Part shown: in pieces, positions 11,001-20,192 of the stretch
Numbering within the stretch: position 1 is the first letter of the stretch
Layout of the letters: each line of letters opens with the position of its first letter
Source of the DNA: an uncultured cyanobacterium
GTDB taxonomy: Bacteria; Cyanobacteriota; Cyanobacteriia; Cyanobacteriales; CAWUOF01
Direction of reading: 5' to 3'
DNA length: 64,000 nucleotides
Assembly: GCA_963744145.1 (NCBI GenBank)
Contig: CAVUSO010000001.1
Location: forward strand, 5,728,001-5,792,000
The notes under the pieces: generated by a model
The model's database searches: none
What the model saw: only the letters and a program-made list of their open reading frames with translations
Told to the model about the DNA's origin: nothing
Made by a program: the position numbers and the translations under genes

Positions 11001-11358
11001 TTCCCTTTTCTCGCAGTAATTTGGGTTTTGAACTATATGATTCTTCAGCACGAGTGCGACCGTAAGCTCCACGAACATAGCTTTTCTCATCCCGTTCTTT
11101 TTTGCCAGTCATAGTGGAAGCTTGATTATAATTTCGGCTTCTATTCGGAACCAATAACGTTAGTAATCCATCCACCAGTGTCGATTTTCCTGAGCCATTT
11201 GCCCCAGTCAACAAGGAAATATTTCCCTGCAAATCCAGCACCCAGGGGCGTTGGTCAAAGGTTCCCCAGTTAAGCACTTCAAACCGTTGGAGGCGAAAGC
11301 CCCCCAGCGCATTATCATGGGAACCACCCATTTGTTCAATCGGTAGAACGAATTGCAT
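7999..11358 (-). CDS. jetC: Wadjet JetC, SMC-like ATPase
   Basis: NWGTF, Walker A GANGSGKST, long coiled coils, KSGGQ signature, Walker B VVIDEAF. Confidence 0.9.
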   Translation of the reverse strand: MQFVLPIEQMGGSHDNALGGFRLQRFEVLNWGTFDQRPWVLDLQGNISLLTGANGSGKSTLVDGLLTLLVPNRSRNYNQASTMTGKKERDEKSYVRGAYGRTRAEESYSSKPKLLREKGKFSVLLAYFSDRVIKQDVTLAQVLWMQDGSVRKFFVVADIELTITSHFTQSNDIPNLKKQLKSLGAETFDEFVKYSQQFRKRFGLQSEKALDLFNQTVTIKEIGGLNDFVRNHMLEKMDVQTKIRELQESYENLNISHTAIQKARKQLEALLPLTEEAEKHTNLKNTVADFQQYKNAAPAFFARKRLDLLTQELQKIEQYLTEKQHEIAERENRILELREQEKQLYSAIKQDSVGQRLQELTREIEQRQKEVNGKQRQAKDYDRLTQLLKLTHYNDSTTFFANITQGEKLKDEIDTALQTLEEQKDQQIPRHSDLTKQAATFKDELTSLRNRRSQIPKADLDIRDRIVRHLNLDETKLPFIGELLQIREEAQEWEGAIERLLRSFGLRILVPKEHYQAVNKYVNQTYFKGRRLVYYHVTTSTPNPTQRALESNRVPSKLEIKKDNGIFSHWLRDRLVHDFNYVCCDSEEQLQHESRAITSNGLIKHGGDRHEKDDRSAIDDRSKYILGWNNASKIKALEDQLSQVNQQLAQIDNEVKLLKGQINQQYEKRSWLQDLMKFTDFSEIDWRSVELDRLKLQEQKQQLEASSDHLKQLEAQLKSTQEEIAQADQRRIALIRESQTLKDRQSKAQTEQKHCEIKLQSVRDSDIYEFANRMAPKLRRYKMTIETIDQDEKDLSEYIQQQLRQIERELNESRSALTMRMLNFKKDFPETTVELGTAIEFLDEYLKLKTQIEHDDLPSHEKRFKQLMNEKVIMAISMFKSALEKKQEEIQEGIDELNEALQKINYTDSTYIKLCYENTRHHEIKDFKQDIIACLGDVARYSAEDNEVRFKNIQTRLIERFKTDERWTLNVTDVRKWLEFSVSERYRSDNTEKEYHTDSSGKSGGQKVKLAYTILASAIAYQFGLTQDNVKSRSFRFVVIDEAFSKSDDHNARYAMELFKNLNLQLLVVTPKDKIHVVSNYISSVHLVYNNPEGSYSQIVSTDIEEIKKSPNMLITNYD

Positions 11359-11902
11359 GAGTTGCTAACTTTTGTTTTAGGAGTTCGAGGGTATCAGCAT
11401 CAATTTTGGCTTTGAGAATGGGACGTACTTCGTAATTTTCATCCTGTCCAGACAAACGTTTGAGAAAACCTAATTCCTCTGTCTGCTTCACCAGTTTATC
11501 CACCTCGCGCCGAAATCTTTCCTCATTATTCCCTTCCGGTAGATAAGATTCTAACAAATCTCGAATTTTTTCAATACTAAGAATCAATCGCCCTGTAATA
11601 TCGCTAGAATCGAACTGTCGCAGTTGCTCACGCAGCAATACACATAAAACAGTAACGTTAAAGCTTAACTTACGCCGAACAGTTAGCTGGGGCAGATGTT
11701 CACCATCTTCTGCATCAGAGTCGGGCTGTTCCAGATAGGCAAATCCTTCTGTTTCGTAATTTTGGACTTGCAGACCAATTTTGCCAAAATATTCCTTAAT
11801 TTGGGTTAAATCGCTTTGCAATCGACTCCAATGGGGATCATCATAATAAATAGCTCCCCGTAAGAGTTTGAGAATGACAGGTGCATAGGGCTGAGGTTGC
11901 AT
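11336..11902 (-). CDS. jetB: Wadjet JetB (DUF4194-type)
   Basis: 188 aa between jetA and jetC; EGFAYL, VLCVLLRE, YEVRPILKA. Confidence 0.85.
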   Translation of the reverse strand: MQPQPYAPVILKLLRGAIYYDDPHWSRLQSDLTQIKEYFGKIGLQVQNYETEGFAYLEQPDSDAEDGEHLPQLTVRRKLSFNVTVLCVLLREQLRQFDSSDITGRLILSIEKIRDLLESYLPEGNNEERFRREVDKLVKQTEELGFLKRLSGQDENYEVRPILKAKIDADTLELLKQKLATHAIRSTD

Positions 11903-11911
11903 GATTGACAG

Positions 11912-13366
11912 TCAGCGGTGAAAGATTACTTGTGGTAAAGTCAGCCGGAACTGTTTTTCTGGTTCTAGGCTGGTAATTATGATTGATTCAATTATACTGT
12001 TATTAATAGTATGGCGATCGCCTTGAGTAGCGATCGCTAAATAGGCAACAATTTCTGGCAATCCCTGGGTGACTGGATAAAGTTGGAGCAATTCCGTTAG
12101 CAATACTTCTGCTTGCTGTTCCAGGGTTCGTTCAATCCGTTGTACTAATTCATCTTCATCCACATAAAATTGTTGATAAAGCGCAGCAATTTCCTCCTGA
12201 TCTAGTGTAATTTCTGGTAAGTTACTAAAATCCATTGAGAATTTTGGTGTATCTGACTCATCCAGTTCATGCAAAGGACGTGCCATGGGCAGATTTACAT
12301 TTGGTTCACATTCCAATATCCAAAAGTCTGGCTCTGGTGGTGCATGATCCACAACTTCTAATGCAAGACGTTGTACTTCAGCAATCAGTTCAGCCACAAG
12401 TCGATTTTCCCTAATATTGCGTTCATCCAACATCTGACGTAGTTTTTCCGCTAGTTGATGATTGGATTGCACGATATATTCTCCTGCATCAATCAAACTG
12501 CGCTCAATCCGGCGCAATAACCCATTCTCTTTAGTTAATGGCTGCAATTCTTCTAAACCATAAATCGTTTGAATCAGAGACTTTAGCTCCTGACGCTTAT
12601 TGGTTGACATCAGGAAATTCCAGAACCCATAAAAACTGCGTCCCTGATCGGAATTTTTCAATTCCTCATCTGCATCTAGCACCCGGTTAATTACTGCACC
12701 CTTGCGAGTATCTGGCTGAAGTTGGACTTCTTGTACAGTACGAGTTAGCTTACGAAAGTTTTGCTCAACTTCTCGAAAATCTGCAATCAACTGACGGGTC
12801 ACTTGATTTGCTAGCAGAAAACGCTCTTGGAGTTGGGTCTTGTTGAAGCGATCGACCATCCCTGTCTGACGAATTTGGTCAATTTCCTGCTGAATCTGAT
12901 CGCGATCCTCCTCCAACTGAGCAATCCGGGTCTCTACATCCGTTGTGCTGCGATCGCGAATCTCCTTCAACAGTGAAAAAATCTGCAAAAAACGCGATTC
13001 CGTACCCACAAACTCTTCCCGGTGCTTTAGATCTTCTATCCAAGCGATCGCTTTCTCCGTCGCTGGAGTTAGGGTAAATACTGGCTCATCACTACTATCA
13101 AATGTTTTCCTCAAAAACTGATCATCACACCATTCATTCAGATAATCTTTAGGCGATCGAGGATAAATATCAGGATAAATATCTTGTAGAGACTCCAGAG
13201 CATCACCCAGTTTTGTTTCTAACTCTATTTGAGCAATGGAAACACGACACGGAGTTACCTTAAACTGTTTATACAAAAAACTCAAAATCAAAGCAGCATT
13301 TCGACTTCGTAAAAGCTTTAGTATGGTAGAGCTTTCTAATTCATCCTTGATTTGTTCATATTCCAT
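11912..13366 (-). CDS. jetA: Wadjet JetA (DUF3375-type)
   Basis: FVGTESRF, DFREVEQNFR, SDQGRSF..FW.FL, GLPEIVAY. Confidence 0.87.
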   Translation of the reverse strand: MEYEQIKDELESSTILKLLRSRNAALILSFLYKQFKVTPCRVSIAQIELETKLGDALESLQDIYPDIYPRSPKDYLNEWCDDQFLRKTFDSSDEPVFTLTPATEKAIAWIEDLKHREEFVGTESRFLQIFSLLKEIRDRSTTDVETRIAQLEEDRDQIQQEIDQIRQTGMVDRFNKTQLQERFLLANQVTRQLIADFREVEQNFRKLTRTVQEVQLQPDTRKGAVINRVLDADEELKNSDQGRSFYGFWNFLMSTNKRQELKSLIQTIYGLEELQPLTKENGLLRRIERSLIDAGEYIVQSNHQLAEKLRQMLDERNIRENRLVAELIAEVQRLALEVVDHAPPEPDFWILECEPNVNLPMARPLHELDESDTPKFSMDFSNLPEITLDQEEIAALYQQFYVDEDELVQRIERTLEQQAEVLLTELLQLYPVTQGLPEIVAYLAIATQGDRHTINNSIIESIIITSLEPEKQFRLTLPQVIFHR

Positions 13367-13481
13367 ATAGCGATTCTAAATGGTTTATAAAGACTAAGTT
13401 ATTTTGAACCACAGAGGACGCGACCGAACACAGAGCGAGAGAGAATGAGGAGTTTTCATAACTCAGGCAAGGATTGCTATA
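13366..13481. mobile_element. MITE-like element with TATAGC termini
   Basis: Left TATAGCGATTCT, right AGGATTGCTATA (imperfect TIR); internal AACCACAGAGGAC/GAACACAGAG motif. Confidence 0.55.
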
Positions 13482-13650
13482 TAGCGAACCTAAATGAAAC
13501 GTGAACAGAACCCTTCGACATGCTCAGGGCAAGTTTTGTCCGTGTTCGTAGGGATGGGAGCATTTCGGCGGAGCATTTATTGCCTGGACGCAGAGAGCTA
13601 TTACCGAAATGCTTTGCCCTCGACCATTTATGAATCAAATAGATTGACTA
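13480..13650. mobile_element. Second MITE-like element carrying a REP-type palindrome
   Basis: Starts TATAGCGAACCTAAATG; contains GTAGGG..AGCATTTCGG / CCGAAATGCT arms related to the 28.3-kb unit; right end degenerate. Confidence 0.45.
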
Positions 13651-13925
13651 GATCAACCAATTTGAAAATTGTCGCGGAGGCTGGGCGAAGCATTATCCAA
13701 ATTCAGTTATCACTTAGATCATAAATTGTCGTGGGTAATGCGAAAGCCTCTACAGGTATTATTGTTTATAAAGTCAAACAGAATACCAAGTATAGATCGC
13801 CCAGCTTTTCCCTTTTATGCTCTTTCTAATTCCTGCTTGACTTTTGGAAAAATTTGTAGTAGCCCCTCTCGCTAATTCACAAGATAATCACTCAGAATTT
13901 TTAGATTTTTTTAAGCGGTGGAATA

Positions 13926-14159
13926 TCAGTTTCCTGCATAGTCAGGATTTATTGTTTTAATTGCATTGAGGGGGTAATCATCGTCCTCATTATAGACATT
14001 GTTTAGTTGCTCCTTTGACAAGCACAACCAAGATTCGTATTCTGCTGACTGTTCCGGGAGTATCGTGACAATGAGTTTTGTGTTTGGTTCAAGCTTATAT
14101 GGTTCATCTAGCTGAATAGACTGCCCATCAAAATGTGCGGACAAGGAAATAACCTTCAT
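13926..14159 (-). CDS. Small antitoxin-like protein
   Basis: AHFDGQSIQLDEP..LEPNTKLIVT N-terminus and acidic tail resemble small antitoxins. Confidence 0.55.
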   Translation of the reverse strand: MKVISLSAHFDGQSIQLDEPYKLEPNTKLIVTILPEQSAEYESWLCLSKEQLNNVYNEDDDYPLNAIKTINPDYAGN

Positions 14160-14349
14160 GGTTTGGAACTCTTAAAGACGATCACTTTTACCTACTGTAT
14201 CATCATAACAATTAAAGGGCGATCGCCCTTTAACTAAATAATGAATTTCGGATTTTCTCCCGAAACTCCAACACAGATTCCAACGGATCAGATTGCACCA
14301 CATACTCTGCCAACAGAATTAAATCCAAGCCCTCTAAGGTTTGTTGTCT

Positions 14350-15366
14350 TTAACAAGTAGGGCTCTTCGGGGAGTACGAACCTAAAAATTTCTCTCCATC
14401 AAAGTGAATCAGGTGATCGGGTGTGTCAGCAATCCAAACCTCTGTCTCCCAAGCAATATTAGGTAAAAACTGACGAAAAGTATTCCGGTCAAGAAAAGCT
14501 GTTATAAAAATTATATCAGCTTGGCACTGTTCTGTTAATTTTTTCAATTCTAAAAGACGGACAGGAGAAATTGCTCCCGAACTATGAACTGCCTCAATGA
14601 GATAAATCCAATTTTTTTGAAGCGAATAAGCGACTATATCAGGTAGTTCACCATGAGATAGTTCAAAAAAATTTAGAGCCTTCAGACGTTCCTTTTCTAA
14701 ATGAAGAAATTTGTTGGCAGTATCTCCTACATATAAAACTTCTGCTCCATATCCATAACGAGGTAAAAATTGCTCAATAATTGCTTTTTGTAGTTCGTTA
14801 TGTTTTCCAGGACTAAATTCTAATATCTTACCAGAAGAAAAAATTACTGGAATTAAGTTTATCTCTCGATGGCTAGACATCCGTTTCTCTAAAGTTATTT
14901 TATTAGCTAAACAATTGTCAACTATAGTTGCCCATTTCTCAGAGCCAAAATTTTTAATGAAAGGAATATATTCAGCATTTAACGCAAAGGATCTAGTACC
15001 ATCATTTCTAGCAGCATTGGGATTAGCTGCGCTAGGAAGAATGATTTCAGCTAAGACAATCAATTTTAAATCTTTTCTGCGTATATCATCATAAGAGCTT
15101 TCTGAAATTTTTTCATAAAAATGAGTATTCCAATATCTAATTATGTCTCGTGTTCGCAAAGCATGAAAATCATCAATATTCTGCCAATCGCCACTCTTCT
15201 TGATATTAGCAACTGCTAGAAAAGCCATAGCCATTCTTTCCTGACGACGAGAGCTAATCCCATCAACAGGTATACCAAATTTAGCCAGAATACAAAGAGC
15301 TTCGTTAAATAGTTTAATTAATGCTTCTGGTTTATTTGAATTAGTAATATATTGTATTATTTCCAT
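14350..15366 (-). CDS. Type II restriction endonuclease, BsuBI/PstI family
   Basis: SPGKHNELQKAIIEQF, LYVGDT, HGELPD, LIEAVHSSG, IAWETEVW, PDHLIHFDG. Confidence 0.88.
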   Translation of the reverse strand: MEIIQYITNSNKPEALIKLFNEALCILAKFGIPVDGISSRRQERMAMAFLAVANIKKSGDWQNIDDFHALRTRDIIRYWNTHFYEKISESSYDDIRRKDLKLIVLAEIILPSAANPNAARNDGTRSFALNAEYIPFIKNFGSEKWATIVDNCLANKITLEKRMSSHREINLIPVIFSSGKILEFSPGKHNELQKAIIEQFLPRYGYGAEVLYVGDTANKFLHLEKERLKALNFFELSHGELPDIVAYSLQKNWIYLIEAVHSSGAISPVRLLELKKLTEQCQADIIFITAFLDRNTFRQFLPNIAWETEVWIADTPDHLIHFDGEKFLGSYSPKSPTC

Positions 15367-15374
15367 GACTTCAT

Positions 15375-16421
15375 TTAAAGGGGTAATGATAGCTGAATGG
15401 GCAGATTACGCATTTTTATTTCTTTTAAAGAAAATCTTTGATGAGATTCTAAGTAAGTCCGCACACTAGCGGCAAGATGAAAAGCAAATAAAGGCGAAAC
15501 CGCGTTACCTATTTGATTAAAACAACTTGTTTCTGTTCCCACAAACTCAAACCAATCTGGAAAACTTTGTAATCTTGCTGCTTCCCTTAAAAGTAACCTA
15601 CGCCGTCGTCCATCTGCAAGTTTAATTCGGTGCATATCTCCCGTAGCTGCGGAAATATTCCGACAAGTTAAAGTTCTTGCAGGTAAATATAGATGAAGAT
15701 CGCGGGGACGCTTGCAAAAAGATGCTTTTTCATATTTAGCTATGTATTCATCCATGCTAGCTGTGAGAAACTTAGATTCGGGGGGCACTTGCAACGCTAG
15801 TTCCCCTAAAGCTTCCCCAGCACTAATTTTTTTTGTTCGTATTTTGGGAAAAGTAAAATTACCTCGATGTCCTACTACAATGACTCGTTCGCGATTTTGA
15901 GGAACTCCAAAATCAACAGCATTAAGTAGCTGAAATTCAACAATATAACCTAAAGATTGCAACAATTGACTAATTTCTTCAAAATACCATTTATTTTTAT
16001 AAAGTAAACCTCGAACATTTTCAAAGAGCCAAATCTCAGGCTGAATTTTCCCAATAGCATTAATAAATATAGGAAATCCATCTCTTGTATCTTTTAATCC
16101 TTTTTGTTTTCCTCCGACGCTAAAAGGTTGGCAGGGCGGTCCACCAATTAATATGGCAGCAGAGGGCAGATTAGTATCTATAGTTAAAAAAGCTTGGGTA
16201 CATTCACCTGTTAAATTTTTGCGATAGGTTGCACAGCAATCAGCATCCATTTCAAAACCATGCGTTTGAAAACCTTGGGCTTCAAAACCAAGAGACAATC
16301 CACCGCATCCAGCAAATAAGTCAACTACTAGGGGATGTTGAGAAATAGCTGGTTTGAGTAGATGGTCGATCTTGTCGATGTAATTCATAATTAGGTAAAG
16401 TGTAAATGATAACTCATGCAA
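15375..16421 (-). CDS. DNA (cytosine-5) methyltransferase
   Basis: DLFAGCGG, GGPPCQPFS, ENV, QNRER, RLQSFP, QIGNAV; start may be the downstream ATG (MNYIDK). Confidence 0.93.
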   Translation of the reverse strand: MHELSFTLYLIMNYIDKIDHLLKPAISQHPLVVDLFAGCGGLSLGFEAQGFQTHGFEMDADCCATYRKNLTGECTQAFLTIDTNLPSAAILIGGPPCQPFSVGGKQKGLKDTRDGFPIFINAIGKIQPEIWLFENVRGLLYKNKWYFEEISQLLQSLGYIVEFQLLNAVDFGVPQNRERVIVVGHRGNFTFPKIRTKKISAGEALGELALQVPPESKFLTASMDEYIAKYEKASFCKRPRDLHLYLPARTLTCRNISAATGDMHRIKLADGRRRRLLLREAARLQSFPDWFEFVGTETSCFNQIGNAVSPLFAFHLAASVRTYLESHQRFSLKEIKMRNLPIQLSLPL

Positions 16422-16490
16422 AGATTGCTATAGTAGTTCTTGTTTATTGCAATTAAATCGTAAAAGTTTTAATTTTTCTGATCAAAAATC

Positions 16491-17681
16491 ATGCTAGCTC
16501 AAATTAGAGCCTTAGTCCAAAAAATAAATCCTAGTCTGATCGAAATTCGTCGCCATCTTCATAGTTATCCTGAGTTAAGTGCCCAGGAATATCAAACTGC
16601 AACCTATATCGCTGGGATCTTATCTGCAAATGGTCTTGAAGTTCGCCAAGGAGTAGGTAAAACTGGAGTAGTAGCTGAATTATCAGGGGAGGGAATCGAT
16701 CGCAGAATCTTAGCTATCCGCACTGATATGGATGCGCTACCGATCCAAGAGCAAACCGATTTACCCTATACTTCTCGTTACTCACAAGTGATGCACGCTT
16801 GTGGTCATGATGTTCACTCTACCATCGGTTTGGGCACAGCGATCGTTTTAGCCCAACTATCAGAAAAATTACCAGGAAAAATCCGTTTCTTATTTCAACC
16901 CGCAGAAGAAATTATTCAGGGTGCTTTATGGATGATTCAAGACAAAGTGCTAGAGCAGGTCACCGCAATTATCGGACTCCATGTCTACCCATCAATTCTA
17001 GCTGGTTCAATTGGTATTCGCTATGGAGCATTAACAGCAGCTTCAGATGGGATCGACATCAAAATTATCGGAAAAACGGGTGATGCTGGAAGTCGTCATG
17101 AGTCAGTGGATGCAGTTTTTGTGGCTGCTCAAATTGTGCTTGGGATTCAACAGACAATTCCCCAAATGTATAATCCGCTCAAGCCAGTAGTTGTCACTAT
17201 TGGCAAAATTATCGGTGGTAAGGGAGCAAATTTGATTGCTGATCAAGTCACCCTCTCAGGAACAGTTCGCTCTCTTTACCCAGAAACTCGTGCTATGCTA
17301 CCCAAACAACTTGAACAGCTCATTAGACAAATATGTCAAATCTATGGTGCTGAATATGAGTTTGATTATCAATGGGGGGTGCCTTCAGTTCAAAACAATC
17401 ATGAACTAACCAGGTTGATTGAAACCTCCGCTCGGGAAGCATTAGGAGAGGATCAGGTGCAAATTATCCCCGATCCATCTCTGGGAGGAGAAGATTTCTC
17501 ACATTATTTGGATTATAGTCCTGGCACAATGTTTCGTCTAGGTGTAGGCGATCGCGATCGCCCCAATTACCCATTGCATCATCCTAAATTTACAGTTAAT
17601 GAGGAATGTATTGCCGCAGGTGTCATCACCCTAGCTTATGCAGCTTATCAGTTTTGGCATGATCTTCCTGGAGATAATTAA
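16491..17681 (+). CDS. M20 family amidohydrolase
   Basis: RRHLHSYPELS, DMDALP, HACGHD, QPAEE, GEDF, LHHP. Confidence 0.9.
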   Translation: MLAQIRALVQKINPSLIEIRRHLHSYPELSAQEYQTATYIAGILSANGLEVRQGVGKTGVVAELSGEGIDRRILAIRTDMDALPIQEQTDLPYTSRYSQVMHACGHDVHSTIGLGTAIVLAQLSEKLPGKIRFLFQPAEEIIQGALWMIQDKVLEQVTAIIGLHVYPSILAGSIGIRYGALTAASDGIDIKIIGKTGDAGSRHESVDAVFVAAQIVLGIQQTIPQMYNPLKPVVVTIGKIIGGKGANLIADQVTLSGTVRSLYPETRAMLPKQLEQLIRQICQIYGAEYEFDYQWGVPSVQNNHELTRLIETSAREALGEDQVQIIPDPSLGGEDFSHYLDYSPGTMFRLGVGDRDRPNYPLHHPKFTVNEECIAAGVITLAYAAYQFWHDLPGDN

Positions 17682-17749
17682 TCTCAGACATCTACAATCA
17701 AACAAAATAGACAAAAAACAGACCAGATGTCTGTCCCATCAGATTTTTT

Positions 17750-20170
17750 ATGAAACAGGAACCTCGTCATCTAGGGTTACAACGCAAACATAAATTAACT
17801 AAACGACCTCAACCTCTAGCTTTACCACCATCAACTAGACCAGGACATTTAACCAACCTCACCAATATTCCTCTGACAACAGGTAAAACTCAGTGGAAAA
17901 AATTTTTAATTTCCTTGGGCATTACTACGGCTATAGTGGGAGTCATCGGTGGACTTGCTGGGGGAGCTTGGTTGAGTTTTCAACTGATTATTAATCCTGA
18001 TATCGCGATTTGGTTAAATCAATATTTACCAAACTGGACACAAATTCCCATTAATAGCATTGATCCACCGCAAAATCTGACTCAAATTTTGGCCAGTATT
18101 GAAAAAGAAGGTATGTTTCCTAGCAATTTTATCTCTCTGGAAACAACACCTCAATTACCAAATTCATCCGTAGAACCAGATGAAATCCTAGTTCCGGTTT
18201 GGACAAGACCAGAATCCAAACAAAATCAGGTAGAGTATATTGCTGAAGTTCGCATCTACCAAGCAATTAATAAGTCTTATCAGCGTTCTGATCGAGAGAA
18301 ACTTTATCGGTTAGCGATCCAAATGTCTGTAGCTGGACCAGCGGAATCATTCGTCATCGCTCCTCTAGTAACGGAAAAATCAGCCCAAGGATCAACTACC
18401 CCGTTACCTTTAACCAAAATTAATCGTTTTGAGAGTGATGCACCAAAAGTAGGAATTTGGCTGAATCTGAGCGGTCAAAAAATGATGAATGGTAAAAACG
18501 TTACCTATGGACAAGTGCTGCACTATAACCCAGGGCGATCGCATCTGAGTATGATGTTATCTTGGACCAGTCCCGCCGGTCAAGACCCCGTTTGGCAAAA
18601 CTTGACTCAGGGTGGTTTCCCTGAATTATTAATTGATCAAACCGTAGGACTAGAACCAAAATATCTGATTGCTCAACTTAAACCTCGTGATTTTCTCCCT
18701 GATCCTATCCAGCTTGAACCAATTTCTCTGTCTGAATTCGCTTTGGACGATCGCGATTATAAAAATGCTCTGCTCCTAGCTAAAGGGGGATTATGGTCTC
18801 CTGCCTTAAAATTAATGCAATCTGTCAAAGCTAAGGTAGGAGATTGGCCGACTCTAGCCCAAACCCAGCTAGAATTAATTCAATTGCACGCTAAAATTAC
18901 TCAAGGTCAAGCTCAAGCTAGTTGGTCTAGTTCTAGTCAGAAAATTCTCGCTGATTTATTTGATGGTCAGTGGTCGGTCGCTTTACAAGCATTTACCAAA
19001 GCTTTAGATGAGGGAAATAGTGAATTAGCCAATTTCCTCAAAAATGATCCCGGACGGGTAATGAAGCGAGTCGAAGTAGCTCTCCGAGTCGATTCCAGTC
19101 AAATGGAGATCAAAGCTTGGGGAGCAATTATGCTCGCAGCTCAACAAGGACAATCTGTGGCGATCGCTTGGTTACAAAAACAACCAAAAAATACTCCTCA
19201 AACTAATGATCGGATTCAAGATTTATTAGATCAACTGGAATTTGCTTTTGTTGATCTGCAAACCGCTAATCGTTCTATGAGTAAAATCGTTGGTTCGGGA
19301 TCAATAATTGGTGGAATTAATCCTGATGATTGGTTACGTCCCAAAAAGAGTGAACTATTGAAACTAGAAGGACGACAAGTTTGGTATCTAATTGAAGTGT
19401 CTAATTTTGCTGATGGAAAACGTTGGCTGAAAGCTCCTTTTACCGAATTAAGCATCCCCAAAATCTCTCCTGGGAGAATCCTGTGGAAACTCCTGGGATT
19501 AGATAAAGATGCTGAACTTCAGCTCACTAACTGGACAGTTGATGGTCAACCCCAAACCACGAGCGCTACAGTTAAAGCAATTCGTTTGCTCAATGGCTCC
19601 CTAGAATTACTAGCTTCTGGTGAAGCGATCGCCCAACCTCCTCATCTTAGCCTGACTCAATCTCGACTGTTTGGGATGACTACATCTGCACTGAAATGGT
19701 TAGAACCTGATACAGCTACAATTATTGGGTTATCTCAACAACAACCCGAATTAATTAAGGTCATCTTACCCATTTTGTGGCAAGAGTTGCAAGCGAGCGG
19801 ACAATTGCCTCCCGGTCCAACCCCTCTATGGGAAGATATATTTCAGCGAATTGGTTATTTGGCTGTGCTACCGATTGGATTGACTGGTGAGAAATCAGCG
19901 GATTTAGCCATTACTCTGCGAACTGAAGATTTAATCACGCTGAGGAATCCGTTTAATCGCTCTTCAGGTAATGATGCCTTATCTGGTCGAAGAACTGTGA
20001 TTTTTTCTGCAACCGGAAAATTGCTATACAGCGAATTTACGACAGACTCAGGGCGATCGCTGACTGGTTTTGCTGATTTAGAGGATGGCAAATTACCAGC
20101 TTTAGTAATCGCAGGAAGCGATAATTATCGTCTCCTGCGTTGGTCATCTGCTCATAGCCAATTTGAGTAG
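17750..20170 (+). CDS. Large hypothetical protein with N-terminal membrane anchor
   Basis: 806-aa ORF with one hydrophobic segment near residues 53-78. Confidence 0.75.
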   Translation: MKQEPRHLGLQRKHKLTKRPQPLALPPSTRPGHLTNLTNIPLTTGKTQWKKFLISLGITTAIVGVIGGLAGGAWLSFQLIINPDIAIWLNQYLPNWTQIPINSIDPPQNLTQILASIEKEGMFPSNFISLETTPQLPNSSVEPDEILVPVWTRPESKQNQVEYIAEVRIYQAINKSYQRSDREKLYRLAIQMSVAGPAESFVIAPLVTEKSAQGSTTPLPLTKINRFESDAPKVGIWLNLSGQKMMNGKNVTYGQVLHYNPGRSHLSMMLSWTSPAGQDPVWQNLTQGGFPELLIDQTVGLEPKYLIAQLKPRDFLPDPIQLEPISLSEFALDDRDYKNALLLAKGGLWSPALKLMQSVKAKVGDWPTLAQTQLELIQLHAKITQGQAQASWSSSSQKILADLFDGQWSVALQAFTKALDEGNSELANFLKNDPGRVMKRVEVALRVDSSQMEIKAWGAIMLAAQQGQSVAIAWLQKQPKNTPQTNDRIQDLLDQLEFAFVDLQTANRSMSKIVGSGSIIGGINPDDWLRPKKSELLKLEGRQVWYLIEVSNFADGKRWLKAPFTELSIPKISPGRILWKLLGLDKDAELQLTNWTVDGQPQTTSATVKAIRLLNGSLELLASGEAIAQPPHLSLTQSRLFGMTTSALKWLEPDTATIIGLSQQQPELIKVILPILWQELQASGQLPPGPTPLWEDIFQRIGYLAVLPIGLTGEKSADLAITLRTEDLITLRNPFNRSSGNDALSGRRTVIFSATGKLLYSEFTTDSGRSLTGFADLEDGKLPALVIAGSDNYRLLRWSSAHSQFE

Positions 20171-20192
20171 AAGCAGAATTAAGCGCGAAAAT

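Noticed and set aside
13494..13875. ORFs of 76 and 68 aa upstream of jetA
   Set aside because: Largely made of MITE/REP sequence or lacking protein-like features
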